A DNA stretch of 63,040 nucleotides, filler included, from Nemertoderma westbladi (GCA_032718475.1; 3 parts of 3 records of this genome joined end to end with filler, not necessarily neighbours in it), one strand, 5' to 3'. Shown: positions 48,166 through 62,479, counted from the whole stretch's first letter. Numbers and translations are program-made. The notes: generated by a model not told the origin, from the letters alone.

Positions 48166-49969
48166 CATCATGGGTACTACAGTGGACAGGCATGGAAATC
48201 GATCGATCTTGCTTACTGGGCGGAAAAGCCAACCAACCACCAAGGTTAAGGCTGAATCACCAGCCGATCGCCTCAATGGTTGGAAGGCCCACTTTGAAAA
48301 GCTCCTCAATAATGACAGGGTATTGCCTGATAACTTTATAGAAGTAAAAGTGTCTGAGTCTGTACTCCCAGATATTCCCATTGGCGATATCTCCTTTGCA
48401 GAAGTGAAGGCTGTTGCAAAGAGCATTAAGACCAATCGTGCCAGTGGAGTAGATGGTGTTCCCCCTGAGGTCTTTAAAATACCTGAGTGTTTAAAGCTCA
48501 TCTATCCCATCATAGTAGACATGTACCGAACAACAAGAGTCCCACAAGAAATGAAAACAAATAAGTTGGTGCCAGTTCCCAAGAAAGGCAACCTAACACT
48601 CTATGGTTCTTTTCGGGGAATCTCATTGATCTCGATTGCTGCAAAGCTATACAATAGAATTATATTTAATCGCATCAGGGATCTCATTAAGAGACTGCTC
48701 CGTGGAAATCAGAATGGGTTCCGTAAAGGTCGTGGGACCATGGAACCCATTTTGGCACTTAAAAGGATAATTGAAGAGTTATCAAAAAAGAAAGACAGGC
48801 ATCTGGCTGTTATCTTTGTTGACTTCTTCAAGGCCTTTGATTCAGTCTCCCGCTCACGTATGTTCAGCATACTTTCATTATATGGGATTCCTGATGAAAT
48901 TATTGCAGCAATCATCAGTATACGATGGTTCGACAACATTTGTGTTTACTGTTTGATGGTGACACAGAACCATTGTGTTATGGGGCGTCCTCCAGGGAGA
49001 CACACTTGCACCATTCTTGTTCATAATTGTGGTTGACTATGTTCTACGCATGTCCTTATATCATCATAATGATGATGGGGTGATGATAACTCTACCTACT
49101 GGCTCCAGAAGTCGAGGAAATCCTGCCAAGTACCTAACTGATCTACACTTTGCTGATGACTTAGGAGTAGTCTCAGAATCACTAGAGGGAGCCCAACGGC
49201 TCCTCAGCTCATTAGAACATGCTGCTTCTAGTGTTGGTCTTTTTATTAACTCCAGAAAGACCAAAATTTTGACAGTTAACTTTGAAAGTTCTCAGCAAGT
49301 CTCTGATCGGATGAGCATAAGCTCAAAGGATGGTATGATTGAGCATGTGGGCGACTTCTGTTACCTGGGATCATGGATCCGGAAGTCAGGTGAGGACCTT
49401 CGAATACGTAAGGGAAAGGCATGGGCAGCCTTGAATAGGCTTTCCAGGATTTGGAAGTCACCGAGAATTAATCGGAAACTTAAGGTCCGATTATTTAGAG
49501 CAGCAGTAGTTCCAGTACTCCTCTATGGGAGTCCATGCTGGGCTCTAACTGCTGAGGACACCTAATCTCTGTATGGCAAATTCACAAGAATGCTACGCCT
49601 GGTTCATTGTGTCAAGTACAATGCACACATCTCCAACCAGACACTATATAATATTGGAGGTGTCTCATTGGTTCCCCCAAGCTTGACACTAGAACAAAAT
49701 CGCCTCTGTTTGCAGGACATTGCTTTCGCCGTGAGGGCCAGCCAGTGCATAATCTTGCACTTTGGCAGCCTCATGGAGTGAATAAGCATGGTGGACAGCC
49801 CATGACTTTCTTGAGACGCATCTTAAAGGACACTGGCCTTGAAGATGCGGATGATCTAGCAAATGTCATGGGTGATAGGGAGTTGTGGCGGCGCAATTTT
49901 GTCGACAAGCCGGCACAGCATTCTTAAAAATGCAGCTGCAATGCAGCATGCCGATACTAGTAGTAGTAG
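48166..49969 (+). mobile_element. 5'-truncated RTE LINE with 12-bp TSD
   Basis: ASGVDG, PKKGN...FRGISL, QNGFR, DFFKAFDS, GVLQGD, FADD; (TAG)n tail; TATGGGTTTTGT at 48154-48165 and 49970-49981. Confidence 0.95.
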
Positions 49970-50098
49970 TATGGGTTTTGTTGTATAGCCCATAGGCCCA
50001 CAATTCGCTGAATAACGCAAAACTCAATACACTCGTGCAGAATAATTGTATTTCAGTCAATTAAAATTATCGAGGGACATTATAAATGTACTTTTATC

Positions 50099-51017
50099 GG
50101 GTAACATACGATTTGGTCTAATACGTTTTGGCCTAGGACGTTTCGGCCCAATGAGTTAAATAGAAGATTTGCTTGTCGTACGTTTTGACCCAAAGATTCA
50201 CTTTACTCCCTTAAATAAGTCAAATATAAAGTTTAGTCTACACAATGTAATATGTAGAAGATTATATGCATATAATTTTAATACTTTTAACTGTTAATTA
50301 TAATATCCATTAATTATTTTAAATAGGACTAATGTTTAACCTCCAATCGCTATTATTCATAGATTATCACCTGTTCCAGAATGTGATATACGGTTATACA
50401 TGTAGAACCTGCCGCAGATAAATTGACATCAGTAGTTAAGTTATACAAGGTTTATTTGCAGAAGCTTCTATATACTGTAAATACTCATATAGTATAAAAA
50501 ACTAAGATTTGCAACATACAGTATTTTACTTAGATTATTAAGTTATTCTACAATTTTTAAATATGTCATCGTCATCATCACTTCTTACAAAGCAGATATA
50601 AACCAAACATAATTTTAAGAATAAGTTGTTACAATATATTTGTTTTGAAGTTTTTACGTTACTAGAACAATTGTTACATAGTAGGAACTCTGATCCACCT
50701 ATTCTAAAGTAGTCAAGATAGACATGTTATTGTTTATTTAATTTTGTAATAAAGGTAAATTAAATAGCCTTTTCATAAAAGATATTTCATTACTGACTTA
50801 ACAACACTAACTTAGTGTTGTTTGTATGTTATTGTGAAATAAGTCTAATTTTAATTAATAATTATTATCATATAATAAAACAACTTGGCCTTTTCTTTCA
50901 GTTGCAGTCATGGGCCGAAACGTCCGGACCGAATCGTCCGGGCCGAATCGTCCGGGCCGAATCGTCCGGGCCGAATCGTCCGGGCCGAAACGTCCTAGGC
51001 CGAAACGTCTGTATACC
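50099..51017. mobile_element. MULE/foldback-type non-autonomous element (second family)
   Basis: Perfect 9-bp TSD ACTTTTATC (50090-50098, 51018-51026); 15-bp subterminal repeats GGCCGAATCGTCCG / GGACGTTTCGGCC. Confidence 0.88.
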
Positions 51018-51452
51018 ACTTTTATCAGTTTTATAAACCATCCCTCTATAGTGTACTGGCACTATCAGAAAAATCTGGCAGCGTTGTTCAAGGAAATATG
51101 GATATGTTCCTGTGGGTGGCACAATAATAATTTATATAAATTGGCATGGTAAAGGCTGGAAGGTTCCATTCGTCGAAAAGCTACTGTGTACTATAGTTAG
51201 TTACAAAGGGACTATAGAATTCCTCCCTATTTAAGGACGAAGTTGGAGCTTCCCAACTTATTCACAAAGTCATGAAAGTGTGACTGAAACACAACAAAGA
51301 ACGATGTACTAAAATTCTTAACTACAACATTAAATACTCTTGGTCTATCTATATGTATGACCAAAATCGAATCAAGTTAGATACAGTGGATATATTGTAG
51401 TTTTGGTAGGGCATTAATAAAAAGGTCAGATTTTGCATTACATGTTTTATAC

Positions 51453-52207
51453 CAATTATACTTGACACCTTTATGAACTGAGTAAAAAAGGTAACTTGAA
51501 TAACTGCAATTATACTTGACACCTTTATGAACTGAGTAAAAAACGTAACTTGAATAACTGCAATTATACTTGTCACCTTTATGAACTGAGTAAAAAAGGT
51601 AACTTGAATAACTGCAATTATACTTGACACCTTTATGAACTGAGTAAAAAACGTAACTTGAATAACTGCAATTATACTTGACACCTTTATGAACTGAGTA
51701 AAAAACGTAACTTGAATAACTGCAATTATACTTGATACCTTTATGAACTGAGTAAAAGTAACTGGAAGTAAAGCAATTATACTTGACACCTTTATGAACT
51801 GAGTAGAAAAGTAATTTGAATAACTGCATTTATACTTGATACCTTTATGAACTGAGTAAAAGTAACTGGAAGTAAAGCAATTATACTTGACACCTTTATG
51901 AACTGAGTAAAAGTAACTGGAAACAAAGCAATTATACTTGACACCTTTATGAACTGAGTAAAAAAGTAACTTGAATAACTGCAATTATAGTTGACCCCTT
52001 TATGAACTGAGTAAAAAAAGTAACTTGAATAACTGCAATTATACTTGACCCCTTTATGAACTGAGTAAAAAAAGTAACTTGAATAACTGCAATTATACTT
52101 GACACCTTTATGAACTGAGTAAAAGTAACTGGAAACAAAGCAATTATACTTGACACCTTTATGAACTGAGTAAAAGTAACTGGAAACAAAGCAATTATAC
52201 TTGACAA
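51453..52207. repeat. ~51-54-bp tandem repeat, ~14 copies, cut by the LTR
   Basis: Core CAATTATACTTGACACCTTTATGAACTGAGTAAAA with two alternating tail variants. Confidence 0.95.
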
Positions 52208-52209
52208 CT

Positions 52210-53180
52210 TGTGACGGGATCCACCAAGGATCCCAATTTATCCGGTTATCTTAACTACGCGTCCCCGCCATGTGTATGTGAAAAGATCGCTTGAGAGTTC
52301 TGATGTTGTTAATTCTCCAATATATGTATAATACAAACGTTAAAATGGATAAAGTGTAGACACAGTCAGATGATAATTGATTAACTAAAGTAAAGTGAAT
52401 GATGGCGGCAGTAGACGGTGTTAAGAGTTACCGTACTACCCTAACTGAACTGACTAACTGATGAGTGAATGAATAACACGGTTACTGGTAATATATTGCA
52501 CCGGTTGGCCATGTTGTGTTACTCAGTCGATGCTTGCCCCCCCATTGGCTGATAACTTGATTGTCGCCCTCTCACCTCCATGGGAGTGTTTCCCCTTGCT
52601 GCTGTCATTCCCTCTCTCTCAGAGGTGTAACCTCTGACCCCCGCTGTGTGTGTTCCCCTTGGGCCTGTTGTCCCCGTTTATTGGGGTGACACGAGGTTGA
52701 TTGGTAATCAACCTCGTGCTCCCAATATTGCTTAAAGCCTACTTTTGTGGGGCTGGCTAGCGGAATTGAATACGCTAACACTCCCCCATGCTATCTTCCC
52801 GGTGAGAAGATAGCATCCACCTCTAGTGCGCTACAATTCAGCTGGCTCCCAATCTACCATCGGGTGTGGGGTGGAACTATTTTTTCGGAGCCGGCTTTCC
52901 AGGCCGCTCCCTATGGGTATGATATCGCTACCCTGTTTTCCCAGCGTCCCGTGTTGGGCCGATCGTGCGCTCCTCTCACACAATTTTTGTTTCCCCAACA
53001 CTTTTGCCACTAACTCCGCTCCACTTTTATCCTAACTCTCGCATACTCTCGGACCTCCTCGTCCCTCACTCTGCCTCTTGCTTCTCCCTCCCCCATGCTT
53101 GAATTGCACCCACACTCTCTCCGCACTCCACACTCCATTACTCAACCCTTATCTCACCCCTTCGTTTCTGACGAGTCTCA
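52210..53180 (-). repeat. Putative 3' LTR of the BEL/Pao element
   Basis: Abrupt TGTGAC junction with the satellite at 52210; GTCTCA followed by CCCCCCTTTT (polypurine tract on the minus strand) at 53175-53190. The inner boundary is uncertain because the second LTR is outside the window. Confidence 0.55.
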
Positions 53181-53734
53181 CCCCCCTTTTGTGCCATCGC
53201 ACTCAAGAAGCATGATGTCATCCAATGTCTCGTCTGTAATACACAGTACCATAGTCAATTAGTCCCCAGTCCCAGTAGCTAATTGGAAAAGGTTGTGCTC
53301 GACTACGGTACGTACTTTATAATATATATATATGTGAGTTACTTATATAATTATTATAAGGTTATCATTATCATATATTATATTATAGGCTCCTCTACAT
53401 AACACGCCTCATTCTCTCTCGGCCTTTCTCCCCCGGCGGCTTCTTCCAGTCGCTTCTCCCCAAATCTATCCACCTTCCTGTCTACTAGATGCCGACTGTT
53501 GTATTACACCGACTCGCCCTTCAGCCTCAGGTGGTCTACCAGACCTTCGAAGGCCACCTTGAAGGCTCTTCTGTAGTTTGGAGGTGATCCTAATATTCTT
53601 GATTCTTATTTTATTTTGTGCTATTACCCTACCTACCTTTCTGGCTACTATTTCTATGGTATATTGTGCTCTCTTATCTCTTACTATATACTACATCTTA
53701 TACATATCCTCTTGCCACTAATTCTTACTACTAA

Positions 53735-54155
53735 CGGTACTCTACGTACCCTCTTACTAAGTAATTCTACAACTAACTACTACTCTTACTAACCGATACT
53801 ACGTACCCTCTTACTAACCTCTAACTCCCACTAACTCTTACTAACCGGTACTACATACCCTCTTACTAACCTCTAACTCCCACTAACTCTTACTAACCGG
53901 TACTACGTACCCTCTTACTACTTCTAACTCTCCCAACTAACGGTACTACGTACCCTCTTACTACTTCTAACTCTCCCAACTAACGGTACTACGTACCCTT
54001 TTACTACTTAACTCTTACTATCTAATTAGCGGTACTACGTACCCTCTTACTACTTAACTAACTAAATAGCGGTACTACGTACCCTCTTACTACTTAACTC
54101 TTACTATCTAATTGGCGGTACTACGTAACCCCTTACCACTAACTCTTACTATCTA
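53735..54155. repeat. Degenerate tandem repeat with core CGGTACTACGTACCCTCTTACTA between pol and the LTR
   Basis: About 9 units of ~42-52 bp. Confidence 0.85.
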
Positions 54156-57100
54156 ACTACTATATCTGCCTACTTGCTACTATTATTTTTTTTATTTTTA
54201 TTTATTTATGTGTGGGAAGGGCGTCTCGCCCTCAATCCCACCCCCCTTAGTCCAAAACTTGGACGACTCAATTCTACTCTACTAAGGTGCTCCCTCTAAG
54301 AGGCAGCACTTACCTACAGCCCTCCTGTAGGTCTTCCTATCCTTCGCCCCTATCTTGCCACCTATCCGCACTTCTACCAATCGGACTCTTCCGTCCTCAT
54401 CGGAGTAAGTGCCCACAACTCTCGCCAACCGCCATTGGTTGTTAATGATGGTATCGTCCGTGACAATCACCAGATCACCCTCCTTTAACTCTCTATTCGT
54501 GTTCCTCCACTTACTTCTTCTATGTAGCGTGGGCAGATATTCCTCGACCCACCTCCTCCAGTACTCTGCGCTTATTGCCTTAGCGACTTTCCAACTCTGT
54601 CGGGAGTGTATATCGTCTGGGTCTACACCCCGCATGTCGATTGTCGCTGGCCTTTCCATTAGAAAGTGACGGCGTCAGCACGTCTAATCACTCAGGGTCA
54701 TCATTTTCTGGATATAGCGGTCTGCTATTAATGATACCCTCACACTTCGCTAGTACTGTCCTTAGTACGTCCTCCGTAACCATGTGGGTGTTCATCAACT
54801 TCGTCATCAGACGCTTCGAACTACCCACTAGTCTCTCGACGCATCCTAGGGTATGCGGAGCATACGGCGTCCTCCTCTCCCTCTTCACTTGTCGTCTTCT
54901 CATGGCTGCCCTGACTTCCTCGCCTTCCAGGATATCCAAGGCCTCTGCCATCTCGTTCTCTGCCCCCACAAAGTTGGTCCCGTTGTCAGAATATATTACT
55001 GCGATCGTCCCACCTTTGCGGTCTCTAAACCTTTCTAGAGCATTAATGAATGCTGATGCGGTTGCATCTTGGGCGAGTTCTATCCCTACAGCCCGCGTGT
55101 TGTTACACACAAATATAATACCGTAGCGTTTCTCTGTGTGTCGCATCACCTTAATCTTTATTGGCCCGAACATATCTACACCGCAATGCATTAATGGCGG
55201 GTCATGTTGTCTTACCCTACTCGCCGGTAGTGGTGCCATCTCCTGTATGGCTCGCTCCTTCTTCGCTCGTCGGCAGGTCTGGCACTGCCCCACTACCGCC
55301 TTTACCTTCTTCCTCAACTGTTTGACCCAAAAGGTCCTCCGTATCTCCGTGAGGGTTCGGTTGGTGCCCCCGTGCAATATCGACTTATGGGAGTCCCAGA
55401 TAATCTGGTGGACTATCGGCAATCCAGTAGGTATGATGATGGGCTTTGGCGGTATTACAATACTGTTGTTGTTCAATACCCTAGAGTTCATTACTAGAAT
55501 CCTGTCATCATTAAGTTGTGGTGACAGCGCGATCAGCTCGCTGTCTCGTCGGAGATGCTGTTGTTTACCGACGCATTCCACCTCGTCGCCGTAGTTCTTC
55601 TTCTGCTCGTAGCGGATGACTGCTTTGGCCGCTCCCTCCAGATCTATGGTTGTTCTAACTTTTACGTCTTTGTCGACTCCCTTGAGGAAATCCCCGAAGG
55701 CTCTCCAGTATGCCACTAACTTCTTGGTCTTGTACTAACTGGAGCTGTAGCTAAGGAGGTTATCAATCGGGTATCGCACAGTTCTCCCGGTTTTGGTTGC
55801 ACGTCCCTTATCTCCCTCACCATTTGGCTATATATCTCTTCTCCCTCTGAATCTCCCTCTTCTTCCTCTAGTGCCACTTCTCATGAGCCCGGGTCCACCT
55901 TTCTCACCGGCGGCCAGGCCTCCTTATCGTTCAGAAACTGCGGCCCGTGTTGCCACAATACTTCCTTCTTCAAGAAAGTGTGGCGTGCCACGCCCCTCGA
56001 TAACAAGTCCACTGGGTTCTCATCCATTGGGCAGTAGTGCCACCTTTCCAGTTCTGTGGTCGCCCTTATTTCGTCTACCCTATTTGCGACGAATATAGGG
56101 TATCTCGTCCTTTCGTTATGTAGCCAACCAAGCACTACCATGGAATCCATCCAGTAGTGTGTCTCCACTATGTTGGGAATAGCGTCCATCAAGTAGGCTG
56201 TGGCCCTTACTCCTAACCTCGCTGCTGTTAACTCGAGTTTCGGAACCGATGCCGAATCTGGTGGCGTCGACTTCGCCTTGCTGAATGCGAGTCTGGGCTT
56301 ATGAGCCCCCTCTCGTTGTACTAAGTAGAGTGCCACTCGGTATGCTTCTAACAACGCATCGGAGAACATATGTAAATCCAGATTCGTCATGTCCCCATCT
56401 GGGAAATACACTCGTGGCATGCTGTATGTTCCCATCTGCTCTAAACTCTCTGTCCATTTACACAACTGCTTCCTAATCTCTTCCAGTACTTCTGCGTCCC
56501 ACTCGTCCTTCAGTTTGTACACTCTCTTGAGTATCTGTTTCCCCGTGACTAGTAATGGGGATGCTATGCCTAGCCTAGGGGGTCGTATATACGAGCTATG
56601 TACGACACATAGCCCCTTTTCGTGTGGATGTCTGCACCCTCCTGACTTAATTGGTACTTCAGCTCATCTTTTTCTCTGTTCCACACGATCCCCAGTGCCT
56701 TCTGTTGGGACTCTATTCTCCTGCTCACCATGTCCTGTCCCTTAGCTGTCGTGGGATTATCCATGGTCGATTCTGGTTTCTCATCCTTTATGGCCTTGAT
56801 AAATTCATCTGAACTGGATTGGAATTTGGTTAGGTTAAAGCCGGATCCCTTAAGGATGTTGCGAACCTCGCGCCCTGTGTCCAGTAGTTCCTTAACCGTG
56901 TTTCCAGACTCCATCCCGTCGTCCACATAGAAGCCGCGTCGAATCATATCGACGGCCCTAGCGCTGTATTTATCTTCCTTTCCCTTTACAGTGTCTCTTA
57001 CGGCCATAGTTGTCGTGAACGAAGACGACTTGGCTCCCATATTCTGTACTATCATCTTGTACATCGGTATTGTCGACGGTTCCTCGTCGCCGTTGTACCA

Positions 57101-60100
57101 TAGGAAGCGTTGACTATCGCTACCCTCTTCCGTTACACGGACTTGGTTGAACATGCCTTCGATGTCGCAGGTGAAGGCGTGTTTCCCATTCCTGAATCTG
57201 AGTAGGACCTCGATCCCTGAGTTGTAGATATTGGGACCCTCCAGCAGATAATCGTTTAGGCATTTGCCGTTGGTTTTAGCCGATGCGTCAACTACCATCC
57301 GCAGTTTACCTTTCTTCGGGTCTAGATCCACGTGGAATGGCAGGTAATAGGTCCTATCCATGCTTGGTTCGTCGACCGGTAGTTCTACGGCCCATCCTTT
57401 CTCGTCGTACTTCTTAATCGTCCTGTGAATGTACTCATTCTTCTCAGGGCTCCGTTTTAGCGTCTGCTTCAACTTACGAAGCCTCGTGAGTACCATCCCT
57501 CTATTGTCGGGTAGTGGTAGCTTCGGTAGCTTCCATACCATCCCTATGGTATACCGCCCCTCGTCGCATCTCATCGACTCCTTTACGCTCCGTAGAGCCT
57601 GCTTGTCTTCTACCGAGGTTCCGACCCCGGTCTCTTTTAATCCCTCAAAATCCTGCCTGAGCAGTCTCCTGAGCTGCTCCTCCGCTCCCTCATCCTCCAT
57701 CTCTCGCATAGTTCCCGCGAACATGCATCCTGATGTCTCCGACATCCTAAATGGTATCTTACTCTTAATTGGGCCACTCAGCGTCCACCCGAATGATGTT
57801 AGTATCGCCACCGGGTCACACTGCCTGTCTTCGCCGAAGACCATTTGCATTCTCTCGTGGGCCGTCGGGCAGTCCATTCCTACTATAATGAATACCTTCC
57901 TAACATCCACCTCTGGGATTGAAAAATCGATACTGTCCAGGAATCTATATTGTTCGACCTCAATGTTGGTTGGTCGCCTGGCGTTGATGTTTATTGACTC
58001 TATCACCTGGATGGGGTCGATGCTCGCTCCATAGTCGCATCCTGGTGCTATTGCTGCTATCGCGCACCATCCGGTCCTCATCTCCAGGATCTCATCTCTG
58101 CTGGAGATGGTTGTTACCGCCATCCTACTTGGCCTCATTCGCAATCCTATCTCCTCGGCCACCCAATTCTCGACTAATGTGAAGGCAGCTCCACTATCGA
58201 CCAGCATCAGTGTGGTCACCGATCGATTGCCTTCCCTGATCACTCGCACTGGTACTACCCCAAGTAGTACCGTTCCTCTTTTCTCCGCCCCTACGGTGCT
58301 CGTTGCCATTGTCTGACCCTTACTTTGACCGAACTTGATCGGCGTTTCTTCGCATTGGCCGGCTCTATGTCCACCCATCACACACCGAGAACAGATTTCA
58401 TTTCTTCTCGCGTATTCTACCTGATCTTCCCTGCATAGCGCTTGCCAGTACCTGCAGTTCATGGTCTGATGAAGTGCATTTGTATGTAATTGGCATTTGC
58501 TCTCTGGGTGGTAGCCATCCTTATACAGTGCGCTGCGTATCGCACTTGCGTTCGTACCAAAGTCCCTACTATTCTTGTTGTTTGGGTTTGGCCTACTGGC
58601 GTGCTGGGGTTATGTTTATTTGTGTTGTTATTTTTCCCCTGTCCGCTCCATGATGTGGTCTTACCCCCGGCTACTTGTGGACTAGCAGTCCCCTGCGTCG
58701 CCGCATATGGCAGCGATTGTCTGAGCTTTGGCAATGCGTTAGCCGTATTGTGTTCTGGTTTCGTCCTACTGTATTCGGTCTTTGGTCCCTTTCCCAGGCT
58801 ATCCTCGCTATAGACTGGGTCCGTTATTAATTCGGCTTCGTAGTTCAAGAAGCTCGACATCTCTTCTAAACCCGGTTCCGCACCCTTCTTATCTCGAGTG
58901 GAGAGAGCAATTTTCCTCCACTTGTTGCACAGCCATATCGGTAGTGCCTGCGCTATTGTGGTGATGTTGTTAGAGGCGTTGAGCTCGTATGGTGCGTCTA
59001 GCGTCTTTAGCACGATTAGCGCCTTCTCAACCTTGTTCGCAAACGTTTTTATGCTAACGGGATTATCCTGTAGGCCACCCGATGTTATGCCTCTCAGGGT
59101 TTGCCGGATGATCTTGGCCGAGTGCCCGTATTCCCTGTCCAATGCCCGCCATGCCGTCGTGAAGCTTCCTCGATGCCCTGGTATTGCCTCACGATGTCGT
59201 ATGCTGGGCCTCCTGTATATACTTGCAGATATTTTAGGCACTCCGCCTGCATCAAGTTGTTTGTTAGTATTTCATTACTATACATGCGCCGAAACTGTAG
59301 ATATTCTTCCGGCCTACTCCCATCGAATTTAAATTGTTCCACGGGTGGTAACTCGATCCTAGTTTTTAACGCATCGATTAATGTGGCCATTCCCATCGCT
59401 TGCGCTTCTAATGGGTTCGATGGATGTTGCATAGATTCTCCTATTGGGTGCGGTCCGTTCGTCCTGTTTGCTGTCTTCCTTTGCATCGGATATATCATCG
59501 GGGGTAGCGGCCACCTCCATATTTTGGTGTCGCATGATCTATTCTCGTCCAAGGGGTTCGTTGTTCTTGCTCCTATTGGGGTATATTGTTGATATTGTGA
59601 TGGGGGAATGTCACCCTGCCCCCGCCCCCCCCCCCCCCCACCGGTATGTTTGGTACTGGGGTTGATGTTAATATATATGGGGCCCATGCACCTATCCGCA
59701 ATAATTCCCCCCTCCCCTGGGTATATGTTATGTCCTTGCATGCTGTAGTCATACTGCTGTGCTGGTACCGGTATAGGCCTATCAACTTCTGGCCTACCTG
59801 CCGGTATATAATCCGCGACTTCCGGGTTTATTCCCGTCGTCCACGCTATCCTATCGCCTACATTATCTCTCCCAGCATGGCCTATAGCATGTGCAGTAAG
59901 GCCTACAGTATGTCCTGCAGTCTGTATGTGTCGCTCGGGATCAAAGTTTAATCTTCTCGAATAATCCTCACCGTGGCTACCGTAATCTCGATCGGTAGGT
60001 AGATCCCGCCGGAAAGTTTCTCTTCGACCCCCTCTACTGCTCTCGTCCTCGTACTGGTACATCGCGTACCCCTCTCTCGACGCGTAGTGCGCCTCGTCAG

Positions 60101-61862
60101 GTCGCGTTTCTCCGGGATGACGGCAATCTCCCAAAGTTCGACCCCACTGACTCTCCGTTTCCATCTCGACTACCGACGGCTCGCTATCAGTCCTCGCTCT
60201 CCTGTCATTCGCGACGACACTTCTTCTACTTTCTTCTCTTCTTCTCTCTACAGTGCAGTATTCCCGCTCGCGAGATCTCACATCGACCTCCCGGTTAAAC
60301 TCCACTGTTCTTCTTCCCTCTTCTGATCGGGCTCGATGCTTCGTCCGAGTCCCTGTCAACCCTGTCAACCTGTCTCTCTCTGCTCGATCGCACGCCGCTG
60401 GGGATACTCGCAATCGGAAGCAGGACAATTCGGTCCCGGACAATTCGGTCCGGACAATTCGGAGCCGGACAATTCGGTCCCGGACAATTTGGTCCCATTA
60501 ATTTTGTGTTTTGGGACCGAATTGTCCGGGACCGAATTGTCCGGGACCGAATTGTCCGGGACCGAATTGTCCGGATACTGACTAGGACAATTCGGTCCCA
60601 AAACATGCATATTAATGGGACCGAATTGTCCGGGACCGAATTGTCCGGGACCGAATTGTCCGGGACCGAATTGTCCAGGACCGAATTGTCCGGGACCAAA
60701 TTTAATTGGTACTATATAATGGTAAATGTTCTAGAACCTTAATATATATTATTATATGGTAGCTAGTGTTTTTTTTATTAGCTAGTATTCTTTTAAAAAT
60801 AAAAAAATTTTAGTTTTTTTTTATAACATTATTAGTTATGGTAGCTATTATGGTGTTTTTATGGAGCTTGTGAATTATTTACTAGCTAGTAATAGTATGT
60901 ATTTAAAATGTTTAAAACATATTTTTTTTTATATACTGCGTAAGTATACTGTATGTGTTGTTGGTTGGTTAACAAGCCTAAATTATTATTAGGGATGTCC
61001 CGGAATCGATATTTTGATTCCGGCCGGAACCGGAACCGGAATTCAACATGCCGGAATATTCCGGCCGGAATTCCGGCCGGAACCGGAATTTTCTATAATT
61101 AGTGAAATATACTAAATGACCCATAAAACTTTATTATATTTTTTTGTGAAAGAAATTATTTTTTTTAATTTCTAAAGCTAAGTTTGATAATGAGATGAAT
61201 CAGAACCTTGGGGGAATTAAGGTGGGTGGAGGGGAGAATGGCCTGGCCCATTATGGCCTATTATGGGGACGGGATGGTACTTCGGCCTTAAACGACAGGG
61301 AATTCAATATATTTTTTTTTCGTAATATCTTATATTATTTATATTTTTTCTAAAATCTATAACCTTGGCCAACGGTTAGGTTTTTAGCCTTTAGACTCAT
61401 ATACCTAAAAACCGACGTTAACCAAAAACCTATGGTTTCGCGTCATTAGGTTCTTTGTTGCAATATCCTGGTGTCTTTAAGGGAAATGAGCATGTTACAG
61501 AGACATGTTATTCGAACCAAAACAATACTCGAGGCCAATAGTACATGTTACAGTTTAATTATTGCTGAGAATAAATAGATTTATGGTAAGAAATATTGTA
61601 TTGTGTAATATTGTATTTGTAACCAAGTAACATAAAGGACTCCCATGAAAATAAGCTGGAAATCTTTAGGGGTAATCCTATATGTTACGTTGGACAATAC
61701 CAATCATAATATTAGGCCTATCATATATAATTGATTCAAAGTAAAATAATATAAAATCAATGTAAAATAATTTAAAATCAATGTAAAATATTGTAAGATC
61801 AATCTAAAAACGCCATTTTATAAGCAAATTATAATAAGCAAATTGTAAAAACAACTCGTTAA

Positions 61863-62227
61863 GGCCCGTGCTCCACTGGTATAAAGTCTTATGTAGTCTT
61901 AGTCAGAATAAATTATGGAACACATTGGTTTCAATGGGAGCGTCTCCGCTGGTAAATCGTTAAGTGTACGACCTATGAGTCGAAAGTGATTATGTCCCAT
62001 GTTCTATCTTTTGACATGTGAATCATGTGTTATATCCGACAAGAGGCCTGTGATTGGTTACTTTGGGTATAATAAATATGCAGTAAATGTGAGACGCACC
62101 TTATATTTTTTATCAAGTGACTTATGACTTATGTTACCAATGGAGCAAGGAGGCATTCATTTTGACATTCTGACTAAGACAAAATCTTAAAACGACGTAA
62201 GTACGACTTACCAGTGGAGCACGGGCC
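61863..62227. mobile_element. PIF/Harbinger (Tourist-like) MITE
   Basis: Perfect 19-bp TIR GGCCCGTGCTCCACTGGTA; 3-bp TSD TAA. Confidence 0.9.
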
Positions 62228-62479
62228 TAATGATGCATTTCTTAAAATATATTCAGAAGGAAAAAAGGGTTTAATTAGTTCATGTAAATTAAGAGAGTTA
62301 TTGTGAATTGTATATGAATACTACTGAAGTGGTGTAACAGATGGTGGGACCATTTTAGTTTGATTACCAGGTGAAATGATTTTGGAAATGTGTTACATAT
62401 GTCATATACTCATCAAGACTGCATTCACTTTAATAAACAGGGTGGCTGTGAATTTTCCCTCGTTACATAGGTTTGTTAG

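Larger units (their letters stand above)
52210..60415 (-). mobile_element. BEL/Pao LTR retrotransposon, frameshifted, 5' part interrupted
   Basis: Gag with FDG...F...; protease LVDSGA; RT FYVDD; RNase H LHMFSDA; integrase HHCC, GVDMFGP, SDNGTNF, ERLV; C-terminal YWRRWVEEYL. Domain order PR-RT-RH-IN. Confidence 0.95.
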
